A stretch of DNA of 64,000 nucleotides, taken from the NCBI RefSeq assembly GCF_013167455.1, contig NZ_CP038328.1, one strand, 5' to 3'. The position numbers and the translations under genes were made by a program. The stretch comes from Escherichia coli O157:H7. GTDB taxonomy: Bacteria > Pseudomonadota > Gammaproteobacteria > Enterobacterales > Enterobacteriaceae. Numbering within the stretch: the first letter of the stretch is position 1; the number at the start of each line of letters is the position of its first letter. The notes under the pieces are model-generated. The model made no database searches, was not told the origin of the DNA, and was given only the letters and a program-made list of their open reading frames with translations. Below, in pieces: positions 33,651-44,113 of the stretch.

Positions 33651-35561
33651 GTGACGGACGATTTTGCACCAGACGGTCAGCTGGCGAAAGCGATACCAGG
33701 CTTTAAGCCGCGAGAACCACAGCGACAGATGGCGGTAGCCGTCACCCAGGCGATAGAAAAAGGCCAGCCGCTGGTGGTGGAAGCAGGAACCGGTACGGGC
33801 AAAACCTACGCTTACCTGGCCCCTGCGCTGCGGGCGAAAAAGAAAGTCATTATCTCGACCGGCTCAAAAGCGTTGCAGGATCAGCTCTATAGCCGCGATT
33901 TGCCGACGGTCTCAAAGGCGTTGAAATACACGGGCAACGTGGCGTTGCTGAAAGGGCGCTCAAACTACCTCTGCCTCGAACGTCTCGAACAGCAGGCGCT
34001 GGCGGGGGGCGATCTTCCGGTACAAATATTAAGCGATGTGATCCTGCTGCGCTCCTGGTCTAATCAAACAGTCGATGGTGATATCAGCACCTGCGTCAGC
34101 GTGGCGGAAGATTCGCAGGCGTGGCCGCTGGTCACCAGCACCAACGACAACTGTCTTGGCAGCGACTGCCCGATGTATAAAGATTGCTTTGTGGTCAAAG
34201 CACGTAAAAAAGCGATGGACGCCGATGTGGTGGTGGTAAACCATCATCTCTTTCTGGCGGATATGGTGGTTAAAGAGAGTGGATTTGGCGAGTTGATCCC
34301 GGAAGCGGACGTCATGATCTTCGACGAAGCCCACCAGCTACCGGACATTGCCAGCCAGTATTTTGGTCAGTCACTCTCCAGTCGACAACTGCTCGACCTG
34401 GCAAAAGACATCACCATCGCCTACCGCACCGAATTAAAAGACACCCAGCAGTTACAAAAGTGCGCTGATCGTCTTGCCCAGAGTGCGCAGGATTTTCGTC
34501 TGCAACTCGGTGAACCAGGTTATCGCGGTAACCTGCGTGAGCTGTTAGCTAATCCGCAAATTCAGCGGGCATTTTTACTGCTCGATGACACCCTGGAACT
34601 TTGTTATGACGTGGCGAAACTGTCACTGGGGCGTTCCGCCTTGCTGGATGCGGCATTTGAGCGCGCCACGTTGTATCGCACACGGCTGAAGCGGCTAAAA
34701 GAGATCAATCAGCCGGGCTACAGCTACTGGTACGAATGCACTTCGCGCCATTTTACTCTGGCTCTCACGCCGCTCAGCGTGGCGGATAAATTCAAAGAGT
34801 TAATGGCGCAAAAGCCCGGTAGCTGGATCTTCACCTCAGCAACGCTGTCGGTAAACGACGATCTGCATCATTTCACCTCGCGGCTTGGGATAGAACAGGC
34901 GGAGTCGTTGCTATTGCCAAGCCCGTTTGATTACAGCCGCCAGGCGTTACTCTGTGTGCCGCGCAACCTGCCGCAAACCAATCAACCGGGTTCCGCGCGG
35001 CAACTGGCGGCTATGCTGCGCCCGATCATCGAAGCTAACAACGGTCGCTGTTTTATGCTTTGTACCTCGCACGCCATGATGCGCGATCTGGCCGAGCAGT
35101 TCCGCGCTACCATGACGCTTCCCGTATTATTGCAGGGGGAAACCAGCAAAGGGCAACTGTTGCAGCAATTTGTCAGTGCCGGTAACGCGCTTCTTGTGGC
35201 AACCAGTAGTTTCTGGGAGGGGGTGGACGTGCGTGGCGATACATTGTCATTGGTGATTATCGACAAATTGCCGTTTACCTCGCCTGATGATCCATTGTTA
35301 AAAGCGCGCATGGAAGATTGCCGTTTGCGCGGTGGCGACCCGTTCGATGAAGTACAACTGCCGGATGCGGTGATTACTCTCAAGCAGGGAGTCGGGCGAC
35401 TGATTCGCGACGCCGACGATCGCGGGGTTTTGGTAATTTGTGACAATCGGCTGGTGATGCGTCCTTACGGCGCGACGTTTCTCGCCAGTCTGCCGCCCGC
35501 GCCACGCACCCGTGACATTGCCCGTGCGGTTCGTTTCCTTGCGATACCATCCTCCAGGTAA
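33651..35561 (+). CDS. yoaA: DinG-family ATP-dependent DNA helicase YoaA
   Basis: 636 aa; Walker A AGTGTGKT, DEAH-like FDEAHQL, Fe-S cysteines (CLGSDCPMYKDC). Confidence 0.9.
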   Translation: MTDDFAPDGQLAKAIPGFKPREPQRQMAVAVTQAIEKGQPLVVEAGTGTGKTYAYLAPALRAKKKVIISTGSKALQDQLYSRDLPTVSKALKYTGNVALLKGRSNYLCLERLEQQALAGGDLPVQILSDVILLRSWSNQTVDGDISTCVSVAEDSQAWPLVTSTNDNCLGSDCPMYKDCFVVKARKKAMDADVVVVNHHLFLADMVVKESGFGELIPEADVMIFDEAHQLPDIASQYFGQSLSSRQLLDLAKDITIAYRTELKDTQQLQKCADRLAQSAQDFRLQLGEPGYRGNLRELLANPQIQRAFLLLDDTLELCYDVAKLSLGRSALLDAAFERATLYRTRLKRLKEINQPGYSYWYECTSRHFTLALTPLSVADKFKELMAQKPGSWIFTSATLSVNDDLHHFTSRLGIEQAESLLLPSPFDYSRQALLCVPRNLPQTNQPGSARQLAAMLRPIIEANNGRCFMLCTSHAMMRDLAEQFRATMTLPVLLQGETSKGQLLQQFVSAGNALLVATSSFWEGVDVRGDTLSLVIIDKLPFTSPDDPLLKARMEDCRLRGGDPFDEVQLPDAVITLKQGVGRLIRDADDRGVLVICDNRLVMRPYGATFLASLPPAPRTRDIARAVRFLAIPSSR

Positions 35562-35618
35562 TTTGTTACGGAGTATGGTATGATGCGCGCCTTTTTATTG
35601 ATCTAAGCACGAAGACCC

Positions 35619-36314
35619 ATGCGAATTCTGGCTATCGATACCGCGACAGAGGCCTGCTCTGTCGCCCTGTGGAACGACGGTACTGTCAACGCTCATTTTG
35701 AGCTTTGCCCTCGTGAACATACTCAACGAATCTTACCGATGGTGCAGGATATCCTGACCACCAGCGGAACTTCCCTGACTGATATTAACGCTCTGGCTTA
35801 CGGGCGCGGCCCCGGTAGCTTTACAGGCGTGCGCATTGGTATTGGCATCGCGCAAGGGCTGGCGCTTGGCGCGGAATTACCGATGATTGGCGTCTCCACG
35901 CTAATGACGATGGCGCAAGGGGCGTGGCGCAAAAACGGCGCAACACGCGTGCTGTCAGCCATTGACGCGCGAATGGGCGAAGTTTACTGGGCCGAATATC
36001 AGCGTGATGAAAACGGTATCTGGCACGGTGAAGAAACCGAAGCCGTACTCAAACCCGAACTCGTTCATGAACGAATGCAACAGCTTTCCGGGGAATGGGT
36101 GACGGTAGGTACAGGCTGGCAAGCCTGGCCGGATCTCGGTAAAGAGAGCGGACTGGTTTTGCGCGACGGAGAAGTTTTACTGCCCGCTGCAGAAGATATG
36201 CTGCCGATTGCTTGTCAGATGTTTGCCGAGGGTAAAACGGTGGCGGTGGAACATGCCGAACCGGTTTATTTACGTAACAACGTCGCATGGAAGAAACTTC
36301 CGGGCAAAGAATGA
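35619..36314 (+). CDS. tsaB: tRNA t6A37 biosynthesis protein TsaB (YeaZ)
   Basis: 231 aa; Kae1/YgjD-like inactive paralogue N-terminus ([17 protein letters not shown]). Confidence 0.9.
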   Translation: MRILAIDTATEACSVALWNDGTVNAHFELCPREHTQRILPMVQDILTTSGTSLTDINALAYGRGPGSFTGVRIGIGIAQGLALGAELPMIGVSTLMTMAQGAWRKNGATRVLSAIDARMGEVYWAEYQRDENGIWHGEETEAVLKPELVHERMQQLSGEWVTVGTGWQAWPDLGKESGLVLRDGEVLLPAAEDMLPIACQMFAEGKTVAVEHAEPVYLRNNVAWKKLPGKE

Positions 36315-36353
36315 ATCTTAAGAGTATGCCCTGAGAAAAAAAGGAGTCGCATC

Positions 36354-36935
36354 ATGGCGGTTCAAAAGAATGTTATCAAAGGCATACTGGCAGGTACGTT
36401 TGCGCTAATGCTGAGCGGTTGTGTCACTGTGCCGGACGCCATTAAAGGCAGCAGTCCCACGCCGCAACAAGATTTAGTTCGGGTGATGAGTGCGCCGCAG
36501 CTGTACGTTGGTCAGGAGGCACGCTTTGGTGGCAAAGTGGTTGCGGTACAAAACCAGCAAGGGAAAACCCGCCTGGAAATTGCTACCGTACCGCTGGACA
36601 GCGGAGCCAGACCGACGCTGGGAGAACCTTCTCGCGGTCGCATTTATGCCGATGTGAACGGTTTTCTGGACCCGGTGGATTTCCGTGGACAACTGGTTAC
36701 GGTAGTCGGGCCAATCACTGGTGCGGTTGACGGAAAAATCGGCAACACGCCCTATAAATTTATGGTGATGCAGGCAACAGGTTACAAACGTTGGCATTTA
36801 ACCCAGCAGGTGATTATGCCGCCTCAGCCGATTGATCCCTGGTTTTATGGCGGTCGTGGCTGGCCCTATGGCCACGGCGGATGGGGCTGGTATAATCCCG
36901 GCCCCGCGAGAGTACAAACAGTTGTAACTGAATAA
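36354..36935 (+). CDS. yeaY: Slp-family outer-membrane lipoprotein YeaY
   Basis: 193 aa; lipobox LSGC after signal peptide. Confidence 0.85.
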   Translation: MAVQKNVIKGILAGTFALMLSGCVTVPDAIKGSSPTPQQDLVRVMSAPQLYVGQEARFGGKVVAVQNQQGKTRLEIATVPLDSGARPTLGEPSRGRIYADVNGFLDPVDFRGQLVTVVGPITGAVDGKIGNTPYKFMVMQATGYKRWHLTQQVIMPPQPIDPWFYGGRGWPYGHGGWGWYNPGPARVQTVVTE

Positions 36936-37139
36936 TTGCTTGTTTTTAAAGAAAAAGAAACAGCGGCTGGTCCGCTGTTTCTGCATTCTTACGGTAAAGA
37001 TAAAAATAAATAGTGACGCGCTTCGCAACCTTTTCGTTGGGTAATTATCAAGCTGGTATGATGAGTTAATATTATGTTAACGGCATGTATATCATTTGGG
37101 GTTGCGATGACGACGAACACGCATTTTAGAGGTGAAGAA

Positions 37140-38825
37140 TTGAAGAAGGTTTGGCTTAACCGTTATCCCGCGGACGTTCCGACGGAGATCAACCCTGACC
37201 GTTATCAATCTCTGGTAGATATGTTTGAGCAGTCGGTCGCGCGCTACGCCGATCAGCCTGCGTTTGTGAATATGGGGGAGGTGATGACCTTCCGCAAGCT
37301 GGAAGAACGCAGTCGCGCGTTTGCCGCTTATTTGCAACAAGGGTTGGGGCTGAAGAAAGGCGATCGCGTTGCGTTGATGATGCCTAATTTATTGCAATAT
37401 CCGGTGGCGCTGTTTGGCATTTTGCGTGCCGGGATGATCGTCGTAAACGTTAACCCGTTGTATACCCCGCGTGAGCTTGAGCATCAGCTTAACGATAGCG
37501 GCGCATCGGCGATTGTCATTGTGTCCAACTTTGCTCACACGCTGGAAAAAGTGGTCGATAAAACCGCAGTTCAGCACGTTATCCTGACCCGTATGGGCGA
37601 TCAGCTTTCCACAGCGAAAGGCACACTGGTTAACTTCGTTGTTAAATACATCAAACGTCTGGTGCCGAAATATCATCTGCCAGATGCCATTTCATTTCGT
37701 AGCGCCCTGCACAACGGCTACCGTATGCAGTATGTCAAACCTGAACTGGTGCCAGAAGATTTAGCCTTCCTGCAATACACTGGCGGCACCACAGGTGTGG
37801 CGAAAGGCGCGATGCTGACTCACCGCAATATGCTGGCGAACCTGGAACAAGTTAACGCTACGTATGGGCCTCTGCTGCATCCGGGCAAAGAGCTGGTGGT
37901 GACGGCGCTGCCGCTGTATCACATTTTTGCACTGACCATTAACTGCCTGCTGTTTATCGAACTGGGTGGGCAGAACCTGCTTATCACTAACCCGCGGGAT
38001 ATTCCGGGGCTGGTCAAAGAGCTGGCGAAATATCCGTTTACCGCTATCACCGGCGTAAACACCTTGTTCAACGCGTTGCTGAACAATAAAGAGTTTCAAC
38101 AACTGGATTTCTCCAGTCTGCACCTTTCTGCAGGCGGTGGGATGCCTGTTCAGCAAGTGGTGGCAGAACGCTGGGTGAAACTGACCGGACAGTATCTGCT
38201 GGAAGGTTATGGCCTGACCGAATGTGCGCCGCTGGTCAGCGTGAACCCCTATGATATTGATTATCATAGCGGTAGCATTGGTTTGCCGGTGCCGTCGACG
38301 GAAGCCAAACTGGTGGATGACGACGATAATGAAGTATCGCCAGGTCAGCCAGGTGAACTTTGCGTCAGAGGTCCACAGGTGATGCTGGGCTATTGGCAGC
38401 GTCCGGATGCTACCGATGAAATCATCAAAAACGGCTGGTTACACACTGGCGACATCGCGGTAATGGATGAAGAAGGATTCCTGCGCATTGTCGATCGTAA
38501 AAAAGACATGATTTTGGTTTCCGGTTTTAACGTCTATCCCAACGAGATTGAAGATGTCGTCATGCAGCATCCTGGCGTACAGGAAGTCGCGGCTGTTGGT
38601 GTACCTTCCGGCTCCAGTGGTGAAGCGGTGAAAATCTTCGTAGTGAAAAAAGATCCATCGCTTACCGAAGAGTCACTGGTGACCTTTTGCCGCCGTCAGC
38701 TCACGGGCTACAAAGTACCGAAGCTGGTGGAGTTTCGTGATGAGTTACCGAAATCTAACGTCGGAAAAATTTTGCGACGAGAATTACGTGACGAAGCGCG
38801 CGGCAAAGTGGACAATAAAGCCTGA
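37140..38825 (+). CDS. fadD: Long-chain fatty acyl-CoA synthetase FadD (TTG start)
   Basis: AMP-binding motif [12 protein letters not shown]; start at TTG 37140 preceded by GAGGTG Shine-Dalgarno gives the recalled 561 aa ([14 protein letters not shown]...); track ATG 37074 is an over-extension. Confidence 0.9.
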   Translation: MKKVWLNRYPADVPTEINPDRYQSLVDMFEQSVARYADQPAFVNMGEVMTFRKLEERSRAFAAYLQQGLGLKKGDRVALMMPNLLQYPVALFGILRAGMIVVNVNPLYTPRELEHQLNDSGASAIVIVSNFAHTLEKVVDKTAVQHVILTRMGDQLSTAKGTLVNFVVKYIKRLVPKYHLPDAISFRSALHNGYRMQYVKPELVPEDLAFLQYTGGTTGVAKGAMLTHRNMLANLEQVNATYGPLLHPGKELVVTALPLYHIFALTINCLLFIELGGQNLLITNPRDIPGLVKELAKYPFTAITGVNTLFNALLNNKEFQQLDFSSLHLSAGGGMPVQQVVAERWVKLTGQYLLEGYGLTECAPLVSVNPYDIDYHSGSIGLPVPSTEAKLVDDDDNEVSPGQPGELCVRGPQVMLGYWQRPDATDEIIKNGWLHTGDIAVMDEEGFLRIVDRKKDMILVSGFNVYPNEIEDVVMQHPGVQEVAAVGVPSGSSGEAVKIFVVKKDPSLTEESLVTFCRRQLTGYKVPKLVEFRDELPKSNVGKILRRELRDEARGKVDNKA

Positions 38826-38842
38826 GCGTTAAGTCAGTCGTC

Positions 38843-38870
38843 AGACGCCGGTTAATCCGGCGTTTTTTTT
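38843..38870 (+). terminator. Intrinsic terminator after fadD
   Basis: ACGCCGG-TTAA-TCCGGCGT hairpin followed by TTTTTTTT. Confidence 0.75.
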
Positions 38871-38894
38871 GACGCCCACTAAAGAGAAAACAAT

Positions 38895-40022
38895 TTGAAT
38901 TACCAAATGATTACCACGGACGATGCGCTGGCTTCTTTGTGTGAAGCCGTCCGTGCCTTTCCGGCGATAGCCCTGGATACTGAATTTGTTCGTACGCGCA
39001 CTTATTACCCGCAGCTGGGGTTGATTCAACTTTTCGATGGCGAGCATCTGGCGCTAATTGATCCTCTCGGGATCACCGACTGGTCACCGCTGAAAGCGAT
39101 CCTGCGCGATCCGTCCATCACAAAATTTCTCCATGCAGGCAGTGAAGATCTGGAAGTGTTCCTCAATGTCTTTGGCGAATTACCACAACCCCTGATTGAC
39201 ACGCAAATCCTTGCTGCCTTCTGCGGACGCCCGATGTCATGGGGTTTCGCTTCCATGGTGGAAGAGTATTCCGGCGTTACGCTGGACAAGAGTGAATCGC
39301 GCACCGACTGGCTGGCCAGACCGCTGACCGAACGTCAGTGTGAATATGCAGCGGCGGATGTCTGGTATCTGTTACCGATCACCGCCAAGCTTATGGTAGA
39401 AACGGAGGCCTCCGGCTGGCTACCAGCGGCGCTGGATGAATGTCGCCTGATGCAAATGCGTCGTCAGGAAGTCGTTGCGCCGGAAGATGCCTGGCGTGAT
39501 ATCACCAATGCCTGGCAATTACGCACACGCCAACTGGCCTGTCTGCAACTGTTAGCCGACTGGCGACTGCGCAAGGCGCGAGAGCGCGATCTGGCGGTGA
39601 ACTTTGTCGTGCGTGAAGAGCATTTGTGGTCGGTAGCGCGTTATATGCCGGGAAGTTTAGGCGAACTGGACAGCCTGGGTTTATCCGGTAGCGAAATCCG
39701 CTTTCACGGTAAAACGCTGCTGGCGCTGGTGGAAAAAGCGCAGACATTGCCGGAAGAGGCCTTACCGCAGCCGATGCTTAACCTGATGGACATGCCGGGT
39801 TATCGTAAAGCGTTTAAAGCGATTAAGTCGCTGATTACTGACGTGAGCGAAACGCACAAGATCAGCGCCGAATTGCTGGCATCGCGTCGGCAAATCAACC
39901 AACTGCTGAACTGGCACTGGAAACTGAAACCGCAGAACAATTTGCCGGAGCTGATTTCCGGCTGGCGTGGTGAGCTGATGGCGGAAGCATTACACAATTT
40001 ATTGCAGGAATATCCGCAGTAA
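38895..40022 (+). CDS. rnd: Ribonuclease D
   Basis: 375 aa; DEDD exonuclease domain (IALDTEF) plus HRDC domains. Confidence 0.9.
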   Translation: MNYQMITTDDALASLCEAVRAFPAIALDTEFVRTRTYYPQLGLIQLFDGEHLALIDPLGITDWSPLKAILRDPSITKFLHAGSEDLEVFLNVFGELPQPLIDTQILAAFCGRPMSWGFASMVEEYSGVTLDKSESRTDWLARPLTERQCEYAAADVWYLLPITAKLMVETEASGWLPAALDECRLMQMRRQEVVAPEDAWRDITNAWQLRTRQLACLQLLADWRLRKARERDLAVNFVVREEHLWSVARYMPGSLGELDSLGLSGSEIRFHGKTLLALVEKAQTLPEEALPQPMLNLMDMPGYRKAFKAIKSLITDVSETHKISAELLASRRQINQLLNWHWKLKPQNNLPELISGWRGELMAEALHNLLQEYPQ

Positions 40023-40028
40023 AATTTT

Positions 40029-40071
40029 CCGAAGCCGGACTGGGCGCGCTCAGCGCCACATCCGGCTTCGG
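40029..40071. terminator. Extended perfect hairpin between convergent rnd and yeaX (bidirectional terminator candidate)
   Basis: 11-bp perfect inverted repeat CCGAAGCCGGA...TCCGGCTTCGG enclosing an inner GGCGC/GCGCC palindrome; no strong T-tract on either side. Confidence 0.5.
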
Positions 40072-40075
40072 CAAA

Positions 40076-41041
40076 CTACAAATCCAACACCAGGCGTTTA
40101 CCCTTCGCACGCGAACAACAGATCAACATACTTTGCTGGCTGGCACGCTCTTCATCGCTAAAATACTGATCCCGATGGTCAGCTTCACCTTCCAGTATTG
40201 CCGTTTCGCAGGTTCCGCATACCCCTTCACGACATAAACATTCCACTTTCGCGGCTTTATTATTTTCAATAACCTGCAAAATAGTCATCTCTTCCGGCAC
40301 CACAAACTCTTTTCCGGAACGGGCAAGCACCAGGGTAAATGCATCGCCGGTTTTGTCTTCGATAGCAAATTGCTCAAAGTGCAGCGTATCGGCAGCGATG
40401 TCCAGACGCGCAGCTTCACTTCTTACCGCTTCAATTAGCGCCTCGGGGCCACAGGTATAAACGTGTGTGCCAGGTTCGATATCCGCCAATAATCGCGCTA
40501 ATTCCAGTCGTGTTCCGGTCGATGATTGATGCAAATGGACTTTCTCAGCCTGCGGATGCTGGACTAGCTCATCACGAAATGCGCAACTTTCTGGATTTCG
40601 CGAGCAGTAATGTAGCTGCCAGTCGACGTCGCTGTGTTGCAACTCTGCCATGTGCGACAGGAAAGGGGTGATACCAATACCGCCCGCGATAAACAGATGC
40701 TTTCTGGCTGAGGGAATTAGCGCAAACAGGTTATTAGGCGTTGAGATCGTTAACCGATCGCCCACTTTTACCTGCTGATGCAAAAAGCGGGAACCGCCGC
40801 GCGAGTTTTCTTCCAGTCGAACGGCAATCTGATAACTAGAGGTGTTATGCGGTGAACTCAGTAGTGAATACGCATTACTGTACTGGTTATCACCATCGCT
40901 CATCTGCACTATGATGTGACTTCCTCCGGTGAACGCAGGCAGCGGTTTGCCATCGGTTGCCACCGGCGTGAAGCGTTTCACCTGTTCGGTAAGCGGTTCC
41001 ACCTGACTCACCTGTACTTCAAACATTTGATAGTCTGACAT
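40076..41041 (-). CDS. yeaX: Carnitine monooxygenase reductase subunit (ferredoxin-NAD(P) reductase with C-terminal 2Fe-2S)
   Basis: 321 aa; C-terminal plant-type ferredoxin cysteines (CREGVCGTCE). Confidence 0.9.
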   Translation of the reverse strand: MSDYQMFEVQVSQVEPLTEQVKRFTPVATDGKPLPAFTGGSHIIVQMSDGDNQYSNAYSLLSSPHNTSSYQIAVRLEENSRGGSRFLHQQVKVGDRLTISTPNNLFALIPSARKHLFIAGGIGITPFLSHMAELQHSDVDWQLHYCSRNPESCAFRDELVQHPQAEKVHLHQSSTGTRLELARLLADIEPGTHVYTCGPEALIEAVRSEAARLDIAADTLHFEQFAIEDKTGDAFTLVLARSGKEFVVPEEMTILQVIENNKAAKVECLCREGVCGTCETAILEGEADHRDQYFSDEERASQQSMLICCSRAKGKRLVLDL

Positions 41042-41096
41042 TGCTGTACTCCATCAAAAATCAGCCCGGCGGCGGAAAATACCGCCGCCGATGTCA

Positions 41097-42221
41097 TTAG
41101 TCCTTAAATACCTGCGCCAGCAGATTATGGAAATGGGCGATACCATGTTCGGAAATGCCGCTACCGCTACTGTCGGCCATGATGCGCCCCTGACCACGAT
41201 AGCCACGCGATTTCAGCCCTTTCTGTACGCTTTCAACCAGACGTAAATCTTCCGGACGGAACACATCGCGATACCACTCAATCAGCGATTTTTGCTCGTC
41301 GGTTAACTCTTCATTGGTGAAGTAAATATCGTAGTTTTGCAGGGTAGTTTCAGAATCCACCGGGAATTCATAAATGACCGTCATCATCCCTTTGATCGGG
41401 GTGACATTCAGCATCGTGCACGGCCACAGCCAGAAACCGTGGAATGCCGCATCCGTACCCTCTTCAAATTTAAACGACTGTTCGGACGGTTTGGCGAAAC
41501 CGTATTGCAGCGTCCAGTTACCGTGCATGGTGTGCCAGTAACGATCAACCTGTACGGAGTCGGAGAAACCTGGATGCGCCGGACCACAGTGATAGCACTC
41601 GAGATAGTTATCGACAATGTTCTTCCAGTTGGCAGGCGTGCGGGTGGTAAAGCGGGCCGCCAGTTTCAGATCGTGGACTTCCGGGCAGGCTTCCAGCACT
41701 TTCGCGCCCAGACCGGGTAACTGATCTTCTACGCTGGTGGCGTTGGGGTCCATGTTGATGAAGACGAATCCGGCATATTCTTCCAGACGCACCGGAACCA
41801 GTTGCGCTTTGTCGCTATCGAAATTGGCGACGTTTTCGCAGTTACGTGCATGGGCCAGATTGCCATCGAGTTTGAATGCCCATGCGTGATATGGGCAGGT
41901 AATCACATTTTTTGCTTTTCCTTCACCGCTCAACAACTGATGACCACGGTGCGGACACACGTTATAGAACGCGCGCAAAACCTTATCACGACCGCGTACC
42001 AGCACGATGCTTTCGCCAATGATCTCACGCGTCACATAATCATTGGCATTCGCCAGTTCGCTGCTGTGAGCGACGCAAATCCAGCTTTTGGCGAAGACGT
42101 TCTCTTTTTCGTGTTCAAAGGCGTTCTGATCGGTATAAAAACGGGCAGGAATGGTCCACGCCTCTTGCGGGTTAGCGCAAAAATTTTCGGGTAGTACAAA
42201 GTCAGGGCTCAGATTGCTCAT
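41097..42221 (-). CDS. yeaW: Carnitine monooxygenase oxygenase subunit (Rieske non-heme iron)
   Basis: Track ORF trimmed to ATG 42221 (MSNLSPDFVLPENF..., 374 aa); Rieske motif CPHRGH...CPYHAW. Confidence 0.9.
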   Translation of the reverse strand: MSNLSPDFVLPENFCANPQEAWTIPARFYTDQNAFEHEKENVFAKSWICVAHSSELANANDYVTREIIGESIVLVRGRDKVLRAFYNVCPHRGHQLLSGEGKAKNVITCPYHAWAFKLDGNLAHARNCENVANFDSDKAQLVPVRLEEYAGFVFINMDPNATSVEDQLPGLGAKVLEACPEVHDLKLAARFTTRTPANWKNIVDNYLECYHCGPAHPGFSDSVQVDRYWHTMHGNWTLQYGFAKPSEQSFKFEEGTDAAFHGFWLWPCTMLNVTPIKGMMTVIYEFPVDSETTLQNYDIYFTNEELTDEQKSLIEWYRDVFRPEDLRLVESVQKGLKSRGYRGQGRIMADSSGSGISEHGIAHFHNLLAQVFKD

Positions 42222-42252
42222 AGGGATACCTTTATCGTTAGGATGATGGCGC

Positions 42253-43863
42253 TCAGTTGTCGCCTTTGAATACGGTTCCCGCAGGGAGCACTGGTGTTTT
42301 TTCCAGGGCTTCAACCGGTGTCTGCGGGAGATAATGTTCAACTTGATGAGCCGGAATGTCGGCGTAATCCTGTTTCAGCCAGCGAATAAATCCGCCGACT
42401 TTCACCAGTAAAATGACGAGGAAGGGAAGGGCTGTGAGCACGACGGTGGTTTTCATCGTTTCCAGCGAAGCACCGGTAAACAAGATGGAAAGCGGGATCA
42501 GAGTGATCACCACGCACCAGAAAAGACGCAGCCCACGGTCAGGATCGTCACCTTCCTGGAGATTACGCGTACTGGTCGCCGCCATGGTGTAGGCCACTGC
42601 ATCCATATGCGAGGCAAGGAAAATAATCATCACGCCCAGGTATGCGGCGAGGAACAATTTACCGGCTGGCAACGACATCAGAACTTGCTGTACAGCTGTT
42701 TCGCCGCCCAGAGTTTCCAGCACCTGTGGGACGTTGATTACGCCATTGATAAACTGATGAATGGCATAGCTTTCCATTACGCCGAAGAAGAACCAGCAAC
42801 CGACGGTGCTGCCGAGGATCAGTCCCCAGATAACTTCTTTAATCTTACGACCGCGGGAAACGCGGGTGACAAACATTGCTACGCCAGGGGTGTATGAGAT
42901 CCACCACAGCCAGTAGAAAACGGTCCAGTTGCGGGTAAATGAACCATCGCCAAGCGGATCGGTGAATAAGCTCATTTGCAGGAAGTTTTGCGTGGTCAGG
43001 CCGATGGCATTGATGATGCTGTTGGTAATAAATTCGGTTGGACCGACAATCAGCACCAGTAATGGCAGCAGGAACGCGCCCCAGCCAACCATTTTGCTCA
43101 GACGTTGCAAACCGTTGTTGATACCAATCCATGAGCTTAGGCAAAAAATGCCGCCGGAAAGCAGGATCACAAATGCCTGCACGGTGAAGTTATCGGGTAA
43201 ACCGGTCAGTGCGGAAAGTCCACGAGTAAAGGTTGCTGCGGTGACAACAAGGGAAATAGTCAGTGCGCCGACAGTGGCGATCAGGAACATCAAATCAACC
43301 AGTTTTCCCCATGGGCCTTGCGGGCGAACGCCGGTAATCGCGGCAATAATGCCGGAAAGACTCAGACCTTTGTTTTTCCGCACATGAAAGTGATAAGCCA
43401 TGATTAATGAGGCCAGCGTATAAGTTGCCCAGGCGCTGATGCCCCAGTGGAAGAAGGAGTAAGGGACGCTAAATTCGAGTGCCTGTTGTGAACGCGGTGC
43501 GATATTTAATCCAGGCGTTTGATAATAATAGGCCCATTCAGCAACCCCCCAATAAAGCGTAGAAGAACCTAAACCGGCACAAATAAACATAAACAGCCAG
43601 GAGAGCGTGCTGTATTCCGGTTTTCCTTCGCCAAGACGAATATTGCCGTATTTACTGGTGGCTAAATAAATCACTAGTCCCATTGCCAGCAAAACCAATA
43701 CCTGTACTGCGGAACCTAACGTACGCGTAACAAAAGTGTATATTGCGTTGGCCGCGTCGGCCGATTGTTGTGGGAAAAGGCTTAATGCAGCTGCGATGAA
43801 AAGAATGGCCACCAGGCTGATGCTTATCAGCGGCACATCTTTTTTCTTAACATTGCTCATCAT
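42253..43863 (-). CDS. yeaV: BCCT-family transporter YeaV; full 536-codon ORF reported, an internal TTG at 43698 would give 481 aa
   Basis: ATG 43863 is preceded by AGGAGA with 7-nt spacing, and the extra N-terminal segment encodes a hydrophobic helix ([19 protein letters not shown]). Confidence 0.8.
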
Positions 43864-44059
43864 GAGTCATCTCCTGGGCATAAAAGCCCGTCTCTGGCTT
43901 TTGCCAGTTGTAATTATTTGCAGGGTAATGAGTTGTATGTCGTGTTTAACGAATTGATTATTTGCATGTTACATAAATTAAACAATTAAGAATACGGAAA
44001 GCCATAAAACACGAAACGGAAACAATAAAAGGTGAAATGACGCAGGTTATTAACTGCAA

Positions 44060-44094
44060 AGAACGAATAACAAAACCGCGTCAGTGACGCGGTT
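44060..44094 (-). terminator. Intrinsic terminator after dmlA
   Basis: Minus strand: AACCGCGTCA-C-TGACGCGGTT perfect inverted repeat followed by TTTTGTTATT. Confidence 0.55.
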
Positions 44095-44113
44095 CAAATA
44101 AACTGGTTTGACC

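Noticed and set aside
44037-44087. 16-codon ORF (MTQVINCKERITKPRQ) with a strong AAGGTG Shine-Dalgarno between yeaV and dmlA
   Set aside because: It overlaps the dmlA terminator hairpin on the opposite strand, is very short and has no recognisable features; most likely fortuitous.
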